NCBI RefSeq assembly: GCF_009914755.1
Contig: NC_060926.1
Direction: 5' to 3' (one strand)
Length of the DNA stretch: 64,000 bases
From: the human T2T-CHM13v2.0 reference genome, Homo sapiens
Positions 25,955 to 40,220 of the stretch are shown here, piece after piece. The position numbers and the translations under genes are program-made. The stretch's first letter is position 1, and the number at the start of each line of letters is the position of its first letter. Below the pieces are notes generated by a model that saw only the letters and a list, made by a program, of their open reading frames with translations, did not search any database and had not been told where the DNA came from.

Positions 25955-27187
25955 CCCTTTCTTAGTATATTCTGTATGTGATTAAATCCCTATTTCCCAA
26001 ATATTGCATTATGAGTTGTTAATATTAATCATCAGAATTAGCCAAGAGGTTCATGAGACAAACTTTAAAAATATTTGTTAAAATAATAACATTGATGTTG
26101 ATTCAAAATTAATTTTATATTTAATATATATATTTAACCAACACATATATACACATATGTATGTATATAGGAATACCTATGTATGTATTTTTATTCACTC
26201 TAAAGAAACATAATTTAGACCCATGTTCAAAAGAAATATCCCTTATATTCAAGTCAAGATCGTCCTGACTTACCTATGTTGTCACTAATGAGCTTAAGTC
26301 TTATTTCTCTAGTTTGTTTTAGGAATTATTCTGCCAGCTGCTAACTTGCTTACCTTCCACTAGGTTAACTTCTTTCCAATTAAAGTTTATTTCAACATAT
26401 TTTATGAATATATTCTAAGGACTTGGCTGAACACTTTGCATACCAGTTTATTCCTGTGCATAGTTAAGCTCAGCTGTGTCACTAAGCTCCCAGCATGTTA
26501 GGCTGCCTGGGACAAGAAGGAGAAGTGCCCTGATAAGAACACGAGAAATGCTGGGACTCAGTCATGGTGTGCAGTATCTCCCTGCTATTTCTCCTAGATT
26601 GATGGCATTGAAAAGGGAAGCTAACAGCCCTTAGCCAGGGTGAGGATGGAGCTGGGTCTGCCTGTGTTCTGACAGGCCGTCACCTATTTCAGTTGCCCTC
26701 TGCTCTGCTGAGCTCCTGGACAGGCAGTGATACACATTGTGCTCAATTTCTCATTGCAATTTTCCTCAGATCCTCTCAATTTTGAACACCACAGTTCACC
26801 TCCCTGCCTCCTGGAAAATGCCAACCACAATGCCTTAGTCCTTCTGGGGCAGCACAAGGCCATTTTTCAACTTCAAGGAATTCCATTCAGCCACCCAGAC
26901 TGTCCACCTCCTTCTGTCTTCCTTTCTATTTCCAGAAACTGTAACTCACCTCACAGACTTCCTTGGCAGGCTCTTTTGATTCTTAACTTGATTAATTTGA
27001 TTAATGTTTCTCTCAAGCTGTTTCCTGAGCTTACCTTTATCTTAAAAATTCCTTAAACTACTGTCTTCTGAAAAACTTATTTAAACAATTGAATTTGAGG
27101 TTATGATTTTTAGTATTCTTTATATAATAATTTCAAGGTGTCTGAATTCAGCATGTACATAACAAGTAAATAATGGGTTGTTACTTA

Positions 27188-27430
27188 AGGCAGCATACTA
27201 GTAACAGTGCATGCTCTGGAGCCAGCAGACCCAGGTACAAGCCCAGCTTGGCCTCTCATAGCCATGTGATCTCAAGAAGTGACCCACTAGAGTCTGTTTG
27301 TTCACCTGCAAGCTGGGGATGATAACCACAGTGCCCACCTTATGGGGGGGGCATTCAAAGGATTAATAGATAATCCACGTAAAACTCTTAGCAGGGTGCA
27401 TTGCATAGAGTAGTACTTAATAAAGATTAA
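27188..27430 (+). mobile_element. MIR
   Basis: GCTCTGGAGCCAG...CACCTGCAAGCTGGGGATGATAAC...GTAAAACTCTTAGCA. Confidence 0.6.
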
Positions 27431-27978
27431 CTTGCAAATGGAGACTGGGAGCAAATTATGAGAGAACAAGTGAAGGGAGATATAAGTTCACCTGTTTATA
27501 CAAGGGTGAAGCTGGAGGTAAGGCTCCTTTCTCATATGCAATCAAAAATCATTTCATGGAGGTGGTGTGATTTCAGAATCTGCCATGTTGGTACAGAAAG
27601 AATATTCAAGGCATCATAAATATTCCAGGCACCATTTTCATCTTGGCACAAGCAAGCGTTAGAGACAGAAATTGAATGATTAGAGAGATCAAGTATTAAG
27701 CAGGTCTTCCTAAGAGATGAGCAGAAGGTGTGGGAACTTCAGTAGTATGCATCTCTAAAATACAAGATAAAAGATCAGAATTGACATGTAGTTGAGTCAG
27801 AAGCTATTGTGTAAACCCAGCAAAAGAGACATGGTGTGCATTCAGATATGGCCATCAGCATTAATGCTCAGCTGAATAGTATTCAGAATAAGAACGATTA
27901 CAAACAGAGAAAGAAAAATAGAAGCAACTTTGAGGCACTGGCAGAGACATAATTTAGATATCTGAACTTTGGTTTTAG

Positions 27979-28159
27979 TGATGTGGTGCGACTTGAAAAA
28001 CCCAGGTTGGAAGAACAAAGAATTAAGCTCATCGTGAGGATCAACACTGATAAAAACCAGTTGAAAACTATCGAAGAGAAAATCCTGAGAATGCTCTTTA
28101 CCTCTGAAGGAAATATTCTGGACAATGAAGAACTTATTGACACACTCCAGGATTCAAAG
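27979..28159 (+). CDS. DNAH6: Dynein HC exon, buttress ([14 protein letters not shown]...[17 protein letters not shown]), GC donor
   Basis: ttttag acceptor; AAG|gcaagt is the donor that keeps frame with the next exon. Confidence 0.93.
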
Positions 28160-29262
28160 GCAAGTAAAATATTTTTAGTACTTATGGAAAGTATGTTACT
28201 TCAAAAGTTATAACTACAGCCTTTGAGGGTCCTGCAAGGGCTTTTAAAGCAAGACGGGGGCCACACTGGGCTTCCATGGACACACAGACGGGTGCCTGCC
28301 TGTCAGGGCTCCTTGCCAACCAAAGAAACCTGGAGAAACTGTAGACCACTGCTTCTCTTGTCTTGTCTGCATTTCTTAAATAAAACACATAAAGAACTGG
28401 ACAAGATATAAATCGAAAGGAACAAACACAACAAACTTTCATATGAATGCCATCACCTGCAGGAAGCCTCTGTCTGATATTCCCAGTTGGAATTAACTTC
28501 CTCCTCCTCAGAACTTCTATAGTGTCTTATCTGGATCTCTACTACAGCACTTGACACTGTTTATCCTATGTCACAGTTATCCAATTACATGGCTTATCTC
28601 TTTTGTTGTGTTGTTAAGTTCTATGCAGTGGGAATCTGTGAATAGTTCATTTTGATATTCCTTCTCCAAGGATTACACATGGTGGTTGCACACAATTGGT
28701 ACTCAACAAAAACGTGTCGATAGTAAGATGAAGTTTTACCTTAAACTTAAAATTCTTCAGTAAATTATTTCTCAGATTCAAACTATCATTTAAGGAGTGC
28801 ATACTAAGAACAAATGATTTTCATCCACTTGTGAGAAACAAATAATTTACTGAAAAAAAATCCCCTTGACTTTATTAAACCAGAAACACATAGGTTATGT
28901 TTTTTGCTTTTGTTGACATCAAAACTGGTTGACTGCTTTATATTGTATAGTCCCTTGAGATTGCAGTATTAAAACAGTAATAAGCAAGTAATTTTGGGCC
29001 TCTGTTTTCTTCCTCTCTGCTTTAGCTTGTTTGTTCATAGATCTCTTTATCCTCCTGTCGTTCATTCTTCCTTGGGTTTTTTATTTTTTTATTTCTGGCG
29101 GTTGTGTGTTAACCCACTTATTTTTATTTTTTAGCAAAGTTGTACATGCCAACTCTTTAAAGAATGAAATATTCTACAAGGCTTATTATGAAAAATAGCA
29201 TTCCGTGCCTTCTCTTCCCACCAGCCACCCATGCCTCCCTTCACAGAGGCAGCTCTCTTGAG

Positions 29263-29597
29263 TTTTTGTTTTTTTTGTTTTTTATTTTGTTTTGTTTTGT
29301 TTTGAGACAGGGTTTCGCTCTGTCACCCAGGCTGGAGTGCAGTGGCATGATCATGACTCACCGCAGACTTCATCTTCTGGTCTCAACCCATCCTCCTCCC
29401 TCAGCCCCCTGAATATCTGGGACTACAAATGCACGCCACTACGCCCAACTAATTTTTCACTTTTTTTTTTTTATTTTTTGTAGAGACAGTGTCTCACCAT
29501 GTTGCCCAGGCTAGTCTTAAACTCCTAGCCTCAAGCAATCCTCCTGCCTTGGCCTCCCAAAGTGTCGGAATTACAGGAGTGAACCACTGTGCCGGCC
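29263..29597 (-). mobile_element. Alu (J-like)
   Basis: Diverged reverse Alu with T-rich tail; AGGCAGCT-containing flanks. Confidence 0.9.
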
Positions 29598-29638
29598 AAG
29601 GCAGCTACTTTCATTTTGTGTCTTAACTGTTATCTGTA

Positions 29639-29645
<7 letters not shown>

Positions 29646-29678
<33 letters not shown>

Positions 29679-29698
29679 ACACACACAAACACACACAC
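29646..29698 (+). repeat. (CA)n microsatellite, interrupted
   Basis: Read directly. Confidence 0.95.
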
Positions 29699-29777
29699 CT
29701 TCCCATCCTCTGGCCTCCCACTGTAGTTATATCCTGATTATAGCTGAACATTAAATGTTAACATTGCCTAAGGGTGA

Positions 29778-30351
<574 letters not shown>

Positions 30352-31244
30352 GAGTGCTTCTTGCTACTAATTCTTAAGCCTTTGAGGAGGATTATTTTTA
30401 TAAATCGGGTGAGTTCGTGGCTATCCACTTTTGCCAGTGTAGGAATCCATTTTTCTGGGTCTGCTAAGTCATTGCCACCCTTCTGTCTGCTTTCGAGCTC
30501 CCAAAATTCGTTGATATTTCCTCGCCCATTCTTCCTATCTTTATTGGTTTACTCTGCATTTTTAAGCCTTTTCCTACAATTTTATTGTAGTTTCAGTAGG
30601 AAGTGAAGGTAGATACACATGTGATGACTGCCATCTTTATCTATAAGCTGGTTTATTTGTTTTGCAAGGAGTTGCTTTGGAGTCATCCTTTCTATACAGC
30701 AGGGATCAAACTGATCCTTGGCTGTGTTTCCTGCCACTTCTTGGCTACAGTTTATACTCCTCTCAGCTCTTAGAATCCTTACATAAAAATATGTCTCATA
30801 TTCTCTAAACGCGGCTGAAACCTCAAGCCTGTAGGGCATAATGTCTACAAGTAGTTGCCAAACTCAACGGAAGCATATAGTATTCTAATATTCTTTGGCA
30901 AGGAGATGAAAACAATCCACTTTCCTTCTCTTTAGCCCTGGTTTCTACATTATCAGTGCCTTGTGCTCCCTAAGACATAAAGAATTATTTGTTAGTGGGC
31001 CTACATGATCCACCAACTGATCCCATATCAACTTTTTTTTTCTACTTGGATTTGAAAGCTTTAGTTGAGTCCCATATTAACATAGGGGTTTCCTACTCAA
31101 CTCTGCCCTTTATTTCCCCTTCAGCTCCCTAAGGGGTTATTACAGGGAGAGTTTGATCTCTGATTCCTGGAAACAGCTTCTGCACTGAATCCTTCCCCTC
31201 CCTTTCCTGGTGGGCTGGGGTAAATAGTCTAGACTTATACTCTT

Positions 31245-31523
31245 TATTATGGTAGGTAGCCACTAGCCATAGGTGGCTGTTGAGCACTTCAAATATGGCT
31301 AGCCTGAATTAAGATGTATTGGTAGTGTAAAATACACAACAGATTTCAAGGGCTAAATCCAAAGAAACAAAATATCTCAGTAACTTTTATGTGGATTATA
31401 TGTTGATATAATATTTTGGGTAGATTAAAAATATACTATTAAAATTTCTTTTTATCTTTAATAAATTTAGAAAATGTATGATTATTTATGTGGCTCACAT
31501 TATATTTCCATTGGAAAGCACTG
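31245..31523 (+). mobile_element. MER33/MER3-like hAT DNA transposon
   Basis: GTAGCCACTAGCC...GTGTAAAATACAC...ATGTGGCTCACATTATATTTCCATTGGAAAGCACTG; strand assignment uncertain. Confidence 0.7.
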
Positions 31524-32398
31524 GTCTATACAGGAACTTGATGATTCCTTTTAGCTTTGATGGAGCAAATACTGAGCAGTCAGTTCCCTTGGTGATTTTT
31601 CATGGTCCCTGCTCTAGACCCTTTGACTTTCTAGAGAGAAAAGGATTTCCCAACCCAGGGATATCCACCTCTGAAAAACAGTGGGGGAAGAGAGAGGAGG
31701 CAGGGGCAGACAGCAGTAGAAAGAGAGAGACTGAGAGACATAGAGAAGGGAATCTTGGAAGGCCCATTGGCCAGAGGGCTCCCCAGACCCACAAACCCAA
31801 AATGCAGAAAACCAAAAGACCTTGAAAGCATCGCTAACTCATTTGGGGTTATAATCCTCCACAAACAACAGCTTCTATCCCATATGTCTATACCTGGGAA
31901 TACTAGGTAAAGAACAAGAATATTAGTCACCCTTGTTATTCCAGGGAGGGATGTGGTGCCACTGCCTCCCAGCCACTCTCTACTCCCTTCTTTTGGGCAT
32001 CTTCCTGGGTATCCCTTCTCCTTTCATTCCTTTATTCATTGTGCTTGCCCTGGACTGCTCACAAAGAAGTTCGGGAGCAATTAGGAGTGCTGTGATGGTG
32101 TTTGCATTGCAGGAGTAATTCAGATTGAGTCTCAGAGACATGCTGCTTCTATGTTTTCAAAGCTACTTGTATTGCCTGCTGCCCTCTGCCTATTCCTAAC
32201 TCTGGAAGGAAGAAAGGTCAGCTTATTCAGAAGGTCACTGAGCCCTGAGACTCAGTCGTTCCACCTGGGGACCCCTTATTATAATCACCAACTCATTCTA
32301 TCCTTATTTCTTCCCTAGACCTAACTGGATACATTCCAGAAGTCCCACTATTTTTCTGGAACAGATCCCTAAGAACTTGTTATTGTATGTTTATTCAG

Positions 32399-32578
32399 AT
32401 CACTTCTGGTGCCATTAAAACCAGGCTGGAAGAAGCAGAGTCCACTGAGCAGATGATCAATGTGGCTCGTGAGAAGTATCGTCCAGTGGCCACTCAAGGC
32501 TCTGTAATGTACTTTGTCATTGCAAGCCTCTCAGAAATAGATCCTATGTACCAGTACTCATTAAAATACTTTAAACAG
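32399..32578 (+). CDS. DNAH6: Dynein HC exon ([14 protein letters not shown]...[13 protein letters not shown]...[14 protein letters not shown])
   Basis: attcag acceptor, CAG|gtaagt donor, conserved IDPMYQYSL. Confidence 0.95.
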
Positions 32579-32670
32579 GTAAGTGTGTTCATGTTGTTAA
32601 TGACAGTCATCTCTTTGGCCTCCATTACACCTGTTGAATTACTTCTTGCTTCACATAAGCCATAAGTCTA

Positions 32671-33031
<361 letters not shown>

Positions 33032-34394
33032 TCACCAGCCCTTCCAAAGATGCAGTTTTTAGAGTTAGTGATTATTATATATATATATAAAAGGTATATA
33101 TAAAATTTGAATTTTTTTTAAAGATTTGATTGCCCAGTATGCACAGAACACTCTGTAGAGGAAGAGAAGAAAGCTCCTTTGCAAGTTTCATTTGCTCCTG
33201 ACTTCCTCAACTAGCTAGCATGTTTGTTTTCCTTCATGCCTGCCCTTCTCTCTTTTTTAAGAGTCACAGCTGAGTCCCATTTCTTTAGACATCCTCTGCA
33301 GTAATCTAGATTCCTTTCCACTATTAGTGTTTTCTGTTGTATCTCAAGTCCAAACAGCACTGACCTTAACCAAATTGGTTTATGTATCTTTTATTTCCCA
33401 AACCTTTTATGCAACAACCTGTTCTTCCTTCCCTGCGCCCACTTCTGACTTAGAGGGATCTCTTTCCTTTGTTTCTGTCCCACTTTCACCATGTGACTAT
33501 GAGACTCTCTTGTTTTATTTCAGCCTCTCTTCTTTATCTCATATTCACAGTTGAATTTCATCTGCTGTCTCATGAGTAGGATGTTTTCACCCCTTATCCT
33601 CTTTGTAGCAGCATTCATTTTTTCTCAAAAGCAAATTCAATGCCACAAAGCTTCAGCAGGCAATGCCAATTTTGCTAAAGACTTCCAGGGAAGACAGAGA
33701 GTTTGCATTACTCACTATACAGCAAGACTACCAAGCATCTGCATCAGAGGTTCTCTCAGGTGCCAGTGGCCTCTTCTCAGCCCACCCGACCAAAGCCTCC
33801 CTGGCTCAGTCTTCCCATCAGCTCCTACTTCCTGTTGGCAGTGCTGTCTCCTTTTCTGGGCAGAGCAGTTTAACTTACTCTCACTTTTCTGTTCATCCAT
33901 GCTTATACCCTACCCATGACACAACTCAGCCAACGAAGGCCTCTCCCTCCATACATGCCACTCAGTAGAAAACAGTGGAGAATTGTAAACATAACACTTT
34001 TTCCCTGCAACACATCTCTATTTCCTGTTATATGCCCCTGTATAGTCAATGCTGGCTCACACACCTGGAAGCCAGGCCAGCCTAGTCCTAGTGTTTTCAA
34101 AACACTGTTCCACAGACCTAGGTCCTAAATGAATTTTCACAGATATTGCCCATCAACACAATTCATACTCTATAGCCTGGAATTCAAAGCCAAATCCAGC
34201 CTGTCCCTGTTTCATCTCTCCAGTCACATTTCTCTCAACTCCTGTGCAACAGCCAAATTGATCCACTTACATTCCCAAGACTAACTGGATGCTTTTGTGT
34301 TTCTGACACTCCCTCTGTTTAAAATGGCCTTCCTCCCAACCTAAATGCTGCTGGGACTGCATTCTAAATTCTCCTAAATTCTCCAGCAAAGCCT

Positions 34395-34740
34395 GCTGCT
34401 GGGACTGCAAACATCTAGAGGCTGACTGGAATGAACATCCAAAATGGCTGACTCACATGGCTGGGCTGTCACTCATGGCACCTGCCATGGCCTCTCCTTG
34501 TGGCGTGGGCTTCTCACTACAGGGCAACTGGGTTCCAAGAGGGCCTCTCCCCAAAGTAAACGTTCAAAGAAACCAAGATGGAAGCTCCAGGACTTCTTCT
34601 GACCTAACCTTGGATTTCATGCACCATCAATTCGGCTACAGTCTGTTGGTCAATCAAATCACTAGGATAGTCCAGGTTTGAGAGAAGGGGATTTAGACTC
34701 CACCTCTCAATGGGAGTAGTAGCAAACAGGTTCAGCAGTC
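34395..34740 (-). mobile_element. MLT1 (MaLR) LTR fragment
   Basis: CCAAAATGGCTGACTCACATGGCTG...AGACTCCACCTCTCAATGGGAG. Confidence 0.6.
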
Positions 34741-36255
34741 TTTATCCAAAATATTTGATATGCTTCATCTGGCATAATGTTACCCCACGTTGTCTTGGGT
34801 GGTTGGCTTCTCTCTCCTGCTGGAGCCTGAACTCCCAGGAGGCAAAAATGAAGCCTCACCAATCCCATATCCCCAATGGTGCTTAGCACCACATAATGCT
34901 CGAGTGTTTCATGAATGAAGAGTCTGTTTTGATCTCTGCATATAACATTCCAACAATTCTTATTGAACTTCAGATAGTCAAACAATTCTTATGACAGCTT
35001 GATTTTTCCTCTAGAGGTCTTATTTAGTACCCTCGATAATGGTTGGAGGTCCAGGAACAGTTTCTATTTCCAGGAAAGAATGGAAATGAGGAATTGAAAG
35101 AAATGGGAGTCAAGTTGTTTAGATAGGCCTGGGTTGTCTTTCAACAAGATGTTCATTTTAGCAGCCTTTGAAAGCCATCTGTGCTGGGTTCAAACCTCAA
35201 TTCCTAGAGGCAAGGGTTTGGGTTCTTATATCTCTGCTCCCTTCCTTCAGTTGACAGGTATTAACCCAAGCAAAATAAGGATTACCAAATCCTGTAATGC
35301 CACCTAAATGACTTTTTGTTAATACTTTTCTTATCTTGGGTGTTTTGGAATTTATGCTCTTCAAGTTTTTAAAATCTCCTTCAAGAAATAAAAGTGAAAA
35401 GGCCCTAAAATATCTTGGGCTGAAAGTAAAAGTGATATAGGATGAATCATGAAAGCTCTGGAGTTTTACAGATTAGAAGGGAAACCAGAAATCCAAAACA
35501 TATTTGTAGGTGACAGCCTTGGCCAGGATACCCTCTACCAAACCCATTTCACAGTGAAATTCTTTAGAGAATTTTGAGATTTACCAGTTTTATTTTGGTA
35601 CCATATTATCACATATTCACTGGGCTTTAACCTCTATGGTTCTTGTCAGGTTGTTAAAGAGGGCTGAGTCCTCTTTTCTCCTGAGTGTGTTAAAACAAAA
35701 CTCTATTACCTTTGTCAACAAAACTTTCAGGAGAATCAACAAAGACTTTCCCAATTTCCTGAAATAATTGTAGGCTTCCTCTAAGCCCTTTTAACTTGGG
35801 GGAATGGAGACCTATTTTGGTGAGGAGACTGACACAATCAGGCCCCTTTACCTTTGCGCTCCATCCTATTAGTAGAAGAGGTGGGTAGGAAAGGCCTGCA
35901 CAGCCTCCGCACAGTATTTCTAGGGAGGAGTGGAGGATGCTTCTTGACCCTGATCTGCTTTGGTCCTTAGTGGGCTTCTAGCTGCCAGTCTGTTTTGATT
36001 GGTCTGCCCTCACCATGAACAATATATCTTGATCCCAGGGATTGGGCAGGTACTACCTCACCTCCCACCTTTGCCCCTCAGGCTGTGGATCCTGAGACTG
36101 CAAACACATGCCCCTCAGGGCCCTGGTGGGACTTCCCCTGAGTCTCTGCTGCAAGATCCCTCCTTGCCCCGTGACTTCCATGGAAGGCCACACATTCAGG
36201 CTCTGCTCAGCTTCCTCACGCAGCTTGGGACCTTTAGAAATTTTTTGATCTTCCT

Positions 36256-36569
36256 ACATGGATGAAACTGGAAACCATCATTCTCAGCAAACTATCACAA
36301 GGACAAAAAACCAAACACTGCATGTTCTCACTCATAGGTGGGAATTGAACAATGAGAACACATGGACACAGGAAGGGGAACATCACACTCCGGGACTGGG
36401 GGAAGTGGGGAGGGATAGCATTAGGAGATATACCTAATGCTAAATGACAAGTTAATGGGTGCAGCACACCAACATGGCACATGTATACATATGTAACAAA
36501 CCTGCACATTGTGCACATGTACCCTAAAACTTAAAGTATAATAATAATAAAAAAAATAAAATAAAAAAT
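36256..36569 (+). mobile_element. 5'-truncated L1PA 3' end
   Basis: ATGTTCTCACTCATAGGTGGGAATTGAAC...TACCCTAAAACTTAAAGTATAAT plus tail; 18-bp TSD AAATTTTTTGATCTTCCT (36238-36255 and 36570-36587). Confidence 0.95.
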
Positions 36570-37109
36570 AAATTTTTTGATCTTCCTTCCACTCCACTTA
36601 AAAGTTGCAGAAAATGGGTAGGACTACCTCAGGCCTAATCCCTCAATGCCACCATCTCTACTGCCTTCCCAGTATCTTTATAATATGGGGCACCTTTGTG
36701 GTAGTGATTCTCCTTTCAAAATTTCCAGGTAGGAAACAAGGTAGAAATCTCCTTTAAAATCACAAAAATCAGTTTCTCTTAAATTTCCAGGAAAATTCTA
36801 GCACATTACTTCTACACCCTAAAAATTATCTTGGGGAAGTGCTAAGAAATAAGCATGAGCTTACCTTGCTCTTACATCTCTCACCCCAAAATGCAGAGTT
36901 TATCAAATCTGGGTTGAAGATGTGAAAAAACTGGTCCTGCTAGCTCACCTCTGTTTTCCAGAGTTTCATGTCTCACATCAAGATGATGCCTCTTGAATAT
37001 TGTCAAGAGCTTGGTGTTGGTCCATTTCTTAAAAATAGGAGAGAAAGGGGAGTGTAGAAAACAAATATCACATATCACTTTGGGATGAATTCTAGACTTT
37101 TTCATAGTA

Positions 37110-37321
37110 CAGTAAGTCCTCAATGTTGTGGATAGGTTCTTGGAAACTGTGACTTTGTTTAGCAAAATGACATATAATGAAACCAATTTTTTTGGTCTCA
37201 TCAATGTAATAGCAAAATGACTTTGAATGCAAGATTGTTCATAATTCAAAGACCTGCTGTGCATCATTTCACTTAAAGTCTCAGTTTCCAAGAACCTATT
37301 GGGCACATTGAGGACTTACTG
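37110..37321. mobile_element. Tigger-type MITE (MER6B/C-like)
   Basis: TIRs CAGTAAGTCCTCAATGT and ACATTGAGGACTTACTG, TA on both sides. Confidence 0.8.
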
Positions 37322-37437
37322 TATTCATCTCCCATGCTGCCATTTACTCACTGAATGCGAACAAGGGAGACAGATTTTTTGTTCTCTGCAGAGAATGAAT
37401 TAAATCAGAGACATTGATAGAGCTCTCTTTCACACAG

Positions 37438-37671
37438 TTGTTCAATACCACCATTGAAACTTCTGTAAAGACAGAAAATCTACAACAGCGCCTGGACGTA
37501 CTACTAGAACAAACTCTCCTAACTGCTTATGTCAATGTTTCAAGAGGACTTTTTGAGCAACATAAACTCATCTACAGCTTTATGCTTTGTGTTGAGATGA
37601 TGCGTCAGCAAGGAACCCTATCTGATGCTGAATGGAATTTCTTTCTCCGAGGTTCTGCAGGATTGGAAAAG
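37438..37671 (+). CDS. DNAH6: Dynein HC exon (LFNTTIETS...[18 protein letters not shown]...[14 protein letters not shown])
   Basis: acacag acceptor, AAG|gtacct donor, conserved RGLFEQHKL. Confidence 0.94.
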
Positions 37672-37698
37672 GTACCTGATTCCCATTTAGGTGATGAT

Positions 37699-38072
37699 TG
37701 ATATGGTTTGGCTGTGTCCCCACCCAAATCTCATTTTGAATTGTAGCTACCATAATTCCCATGTGCTGTAGGATGGACCTGGTGGGAGATTACTGAATCA
37801 CGGGGGCAGTTTCCCCCATACTGTTCTCGTGGTAGTGAATAAGTCTCATGAGACCTGATGGTTTTATAAGGGGAAACCCTTTTCACTTCGTTTTCATTCT
37901 CACTTGCCTGCTGCCATGTAAGATGTGCCTTTTGCCTTCTGCCATGATTGTGAGGCCTCCCTAGCTGCATGGAACTGTGAGTTCCATGTGAGTTCCATTA
38001 AACCTCTTTTTCTTTATAAATTACCCAGTCTCAGCTATGTCTTCATCAGCAGCATGAAAACAGAATAATACT
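37699..38072 (+). mobile_element. THE1 (ERVL-MaLR) solo LTR, sense to the host gene
   Basis: TGATATGGTTTGGCTGTGTCCCCACCCAAATCTC...; TATA-like TTTATAAG; ATTAAA; TSD ATGAT. Confidence 0.92.
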
Positions 38073-40220
38073 ATGATCGTTATTCTAGATAGAGCCCACA
38101 AGCACCTACCAGTGCTCTGTGGTGACTCTGGTGGCCGAAGGCCATACATTTTGCTGTGTTGCCCAGTGGAGGGGTATTGAGGTCAGGAGGCCCATGTTAT
38201 AACTCAGCTCTGCCTCCAACTAACTGTGTAATGTATCATTTAACCTCTGTATGGTGTACTATCCTCACCTATAGAAAAGGAATGTTGGGAGTAACCAATA
38301 AGCTAGTAGAAGTGAACATGTTTTGCAAAGCTGAACCTCTTACAAATGTAAAGAGTTAAAATCCAATAAAAGTTGTAATTCACAGATTTAGCAATAGTTT
38401 TTTTTAAAAAACCATGACCCTCTCTTGCCTGGAGATGTATCTCATTATAAAGCATGGGAAGTGACAAAATGACTTGATTGTCGCCTTCTGTAATACTGTA
38501 ATACGAGTTCTGCTACAGTTCCCTCCTTCATGTTCATCTGCTTGTCCTGCTTGCTCTAGTCCCTTAAACTGGCTTAACCCACACACATACCACAAAGCTA
38601 GTGGCCCACAGAGGTGAGCCCCCAAACCTTGCCTACAATTTGATCTCTGCTCCACTCTAAATTCTTGGCTCTGTCCAACTCTGCAAATCTCAAGTCCTGT
38701 CCTTGGCCCCTGCAGAAGTGACATCTGCACCTGTTTGCCAGTATTTGAACCCCAGTGTATCACTAGGAGGTTGAACCTGATGCTTTTATTTGACTCTCAG
38801 CACCCCATGTTCCCAGAAAAAGCCGAGACAAGATCTCTCCACCAGATGTTCCTTCCTCCCTGACCCCCATCCATCTTGCATACACACATATTCTGTGACT
38901 CCTCTCTTAATGTGTTTTATCCTCGTAATCACAGTTCATATTTACAGAGAGCTTGCTATGTGTTTTATATATATCAACTCCCTTATTCCTCTCAGTATTC
39001 TTCTTAGGTAAGTTCCTAATTTGTATCTCTAGTCTATGATAAGATAGTTAGGCACAGAAAGGTTAAGTAACTTGTCCTGATAACACACTTAACAGGACCT
39101 GGAACCGGGATTTGAACACTTGCAGTCTGTAAAGCCTGCTCTCTTAACCAGTTCACTCTGCTGCTGACTGTTAGCCAATCACTTAGCCAGGCCCTGCCCT
39201 GTGTGTTTTCGCCCTTCCTTCCTCACTGCAGCCTTATCAACAGCTCTGCTTACAGTTTTCTCAACAGAAACTCAAAGAGGTTAAAGAGCTTTCCAAAATC
39301 ACAATAATGCATAACACAGTCTGATTCAAACCTGTGTTCTAAGCTCCCAAAGCCCATGTCCATTCCAGCACCACCTACTTCTCATGAACAGCATATCTTG
39401 AAAAGTTTAAAATATGTTTTAAATACCATCAAACTCAAAATTTAAAATTACCATCATCAGAAACCTCTCTGAATTATTTTTAATTAAACTGTCTTTTCCT
39501 CTGTCATGAGGAAATTGGAATGATTCTTGACTAATAATTTTTTTAGAAATGTATTTGGGGTGTATTTTATATGGTCACTTCATTTAATATTTTGACACTA
39601 GTATTTTCTATTTTTATCGTAAGTACTACATTGTTTTTTGCTACATTCATTATGATCTAAATTAAATTTTCTGGAATAACCTCAGAAGCCAACTTCCATG
39701 CATAAAACTTTTTCTGTGGAAAAATGTGCAGTGAGTTCCAAACACCTATGACAAGATTGTGTCATTATGCAAGGAAATGGTGCAGCAAAAGGGCCCTGGA
39801 AGAGACCTAGAAAGAATAAAAGATGAGTGTCCAGGATGGGAGGAGAGAGAGGAAGGAGATACATGCCCGATGGAATCTGGAGTTGACTGGATGCACTAGA
39901 TAAAGAAAATCCAGATAAGCAAAACACAGATTTCTAGAAGGTGGCAACAACAACAAAAGGTGGGCAGAGATGCTGGGATCTGCAGCTGGAGACTGGCTGG
40001 TGTGAGCAGAAGTAGGCATTTCCAGGATTGAACCACAACAGTTAGAGTTTAGGGACAAACAGAAAACAACTGGAACCAATACACAAAGCCTCAAGCATCT
40101 GCAGGTTTCTATTACATGTGGACAAGGTAAATGGATTTCTGCAAATTGAGGTCTCCAGGCTATTCTCATTGGGTATATTCAGTCCATACAACTAATGTTT
40201 TTAAATGATGATATTTTAAA

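Noticed and set aside
25712-25985. Y/I/V/C-rich ORFs
   Set aside because: Products of the (TA/TG)n low-complexity repeat
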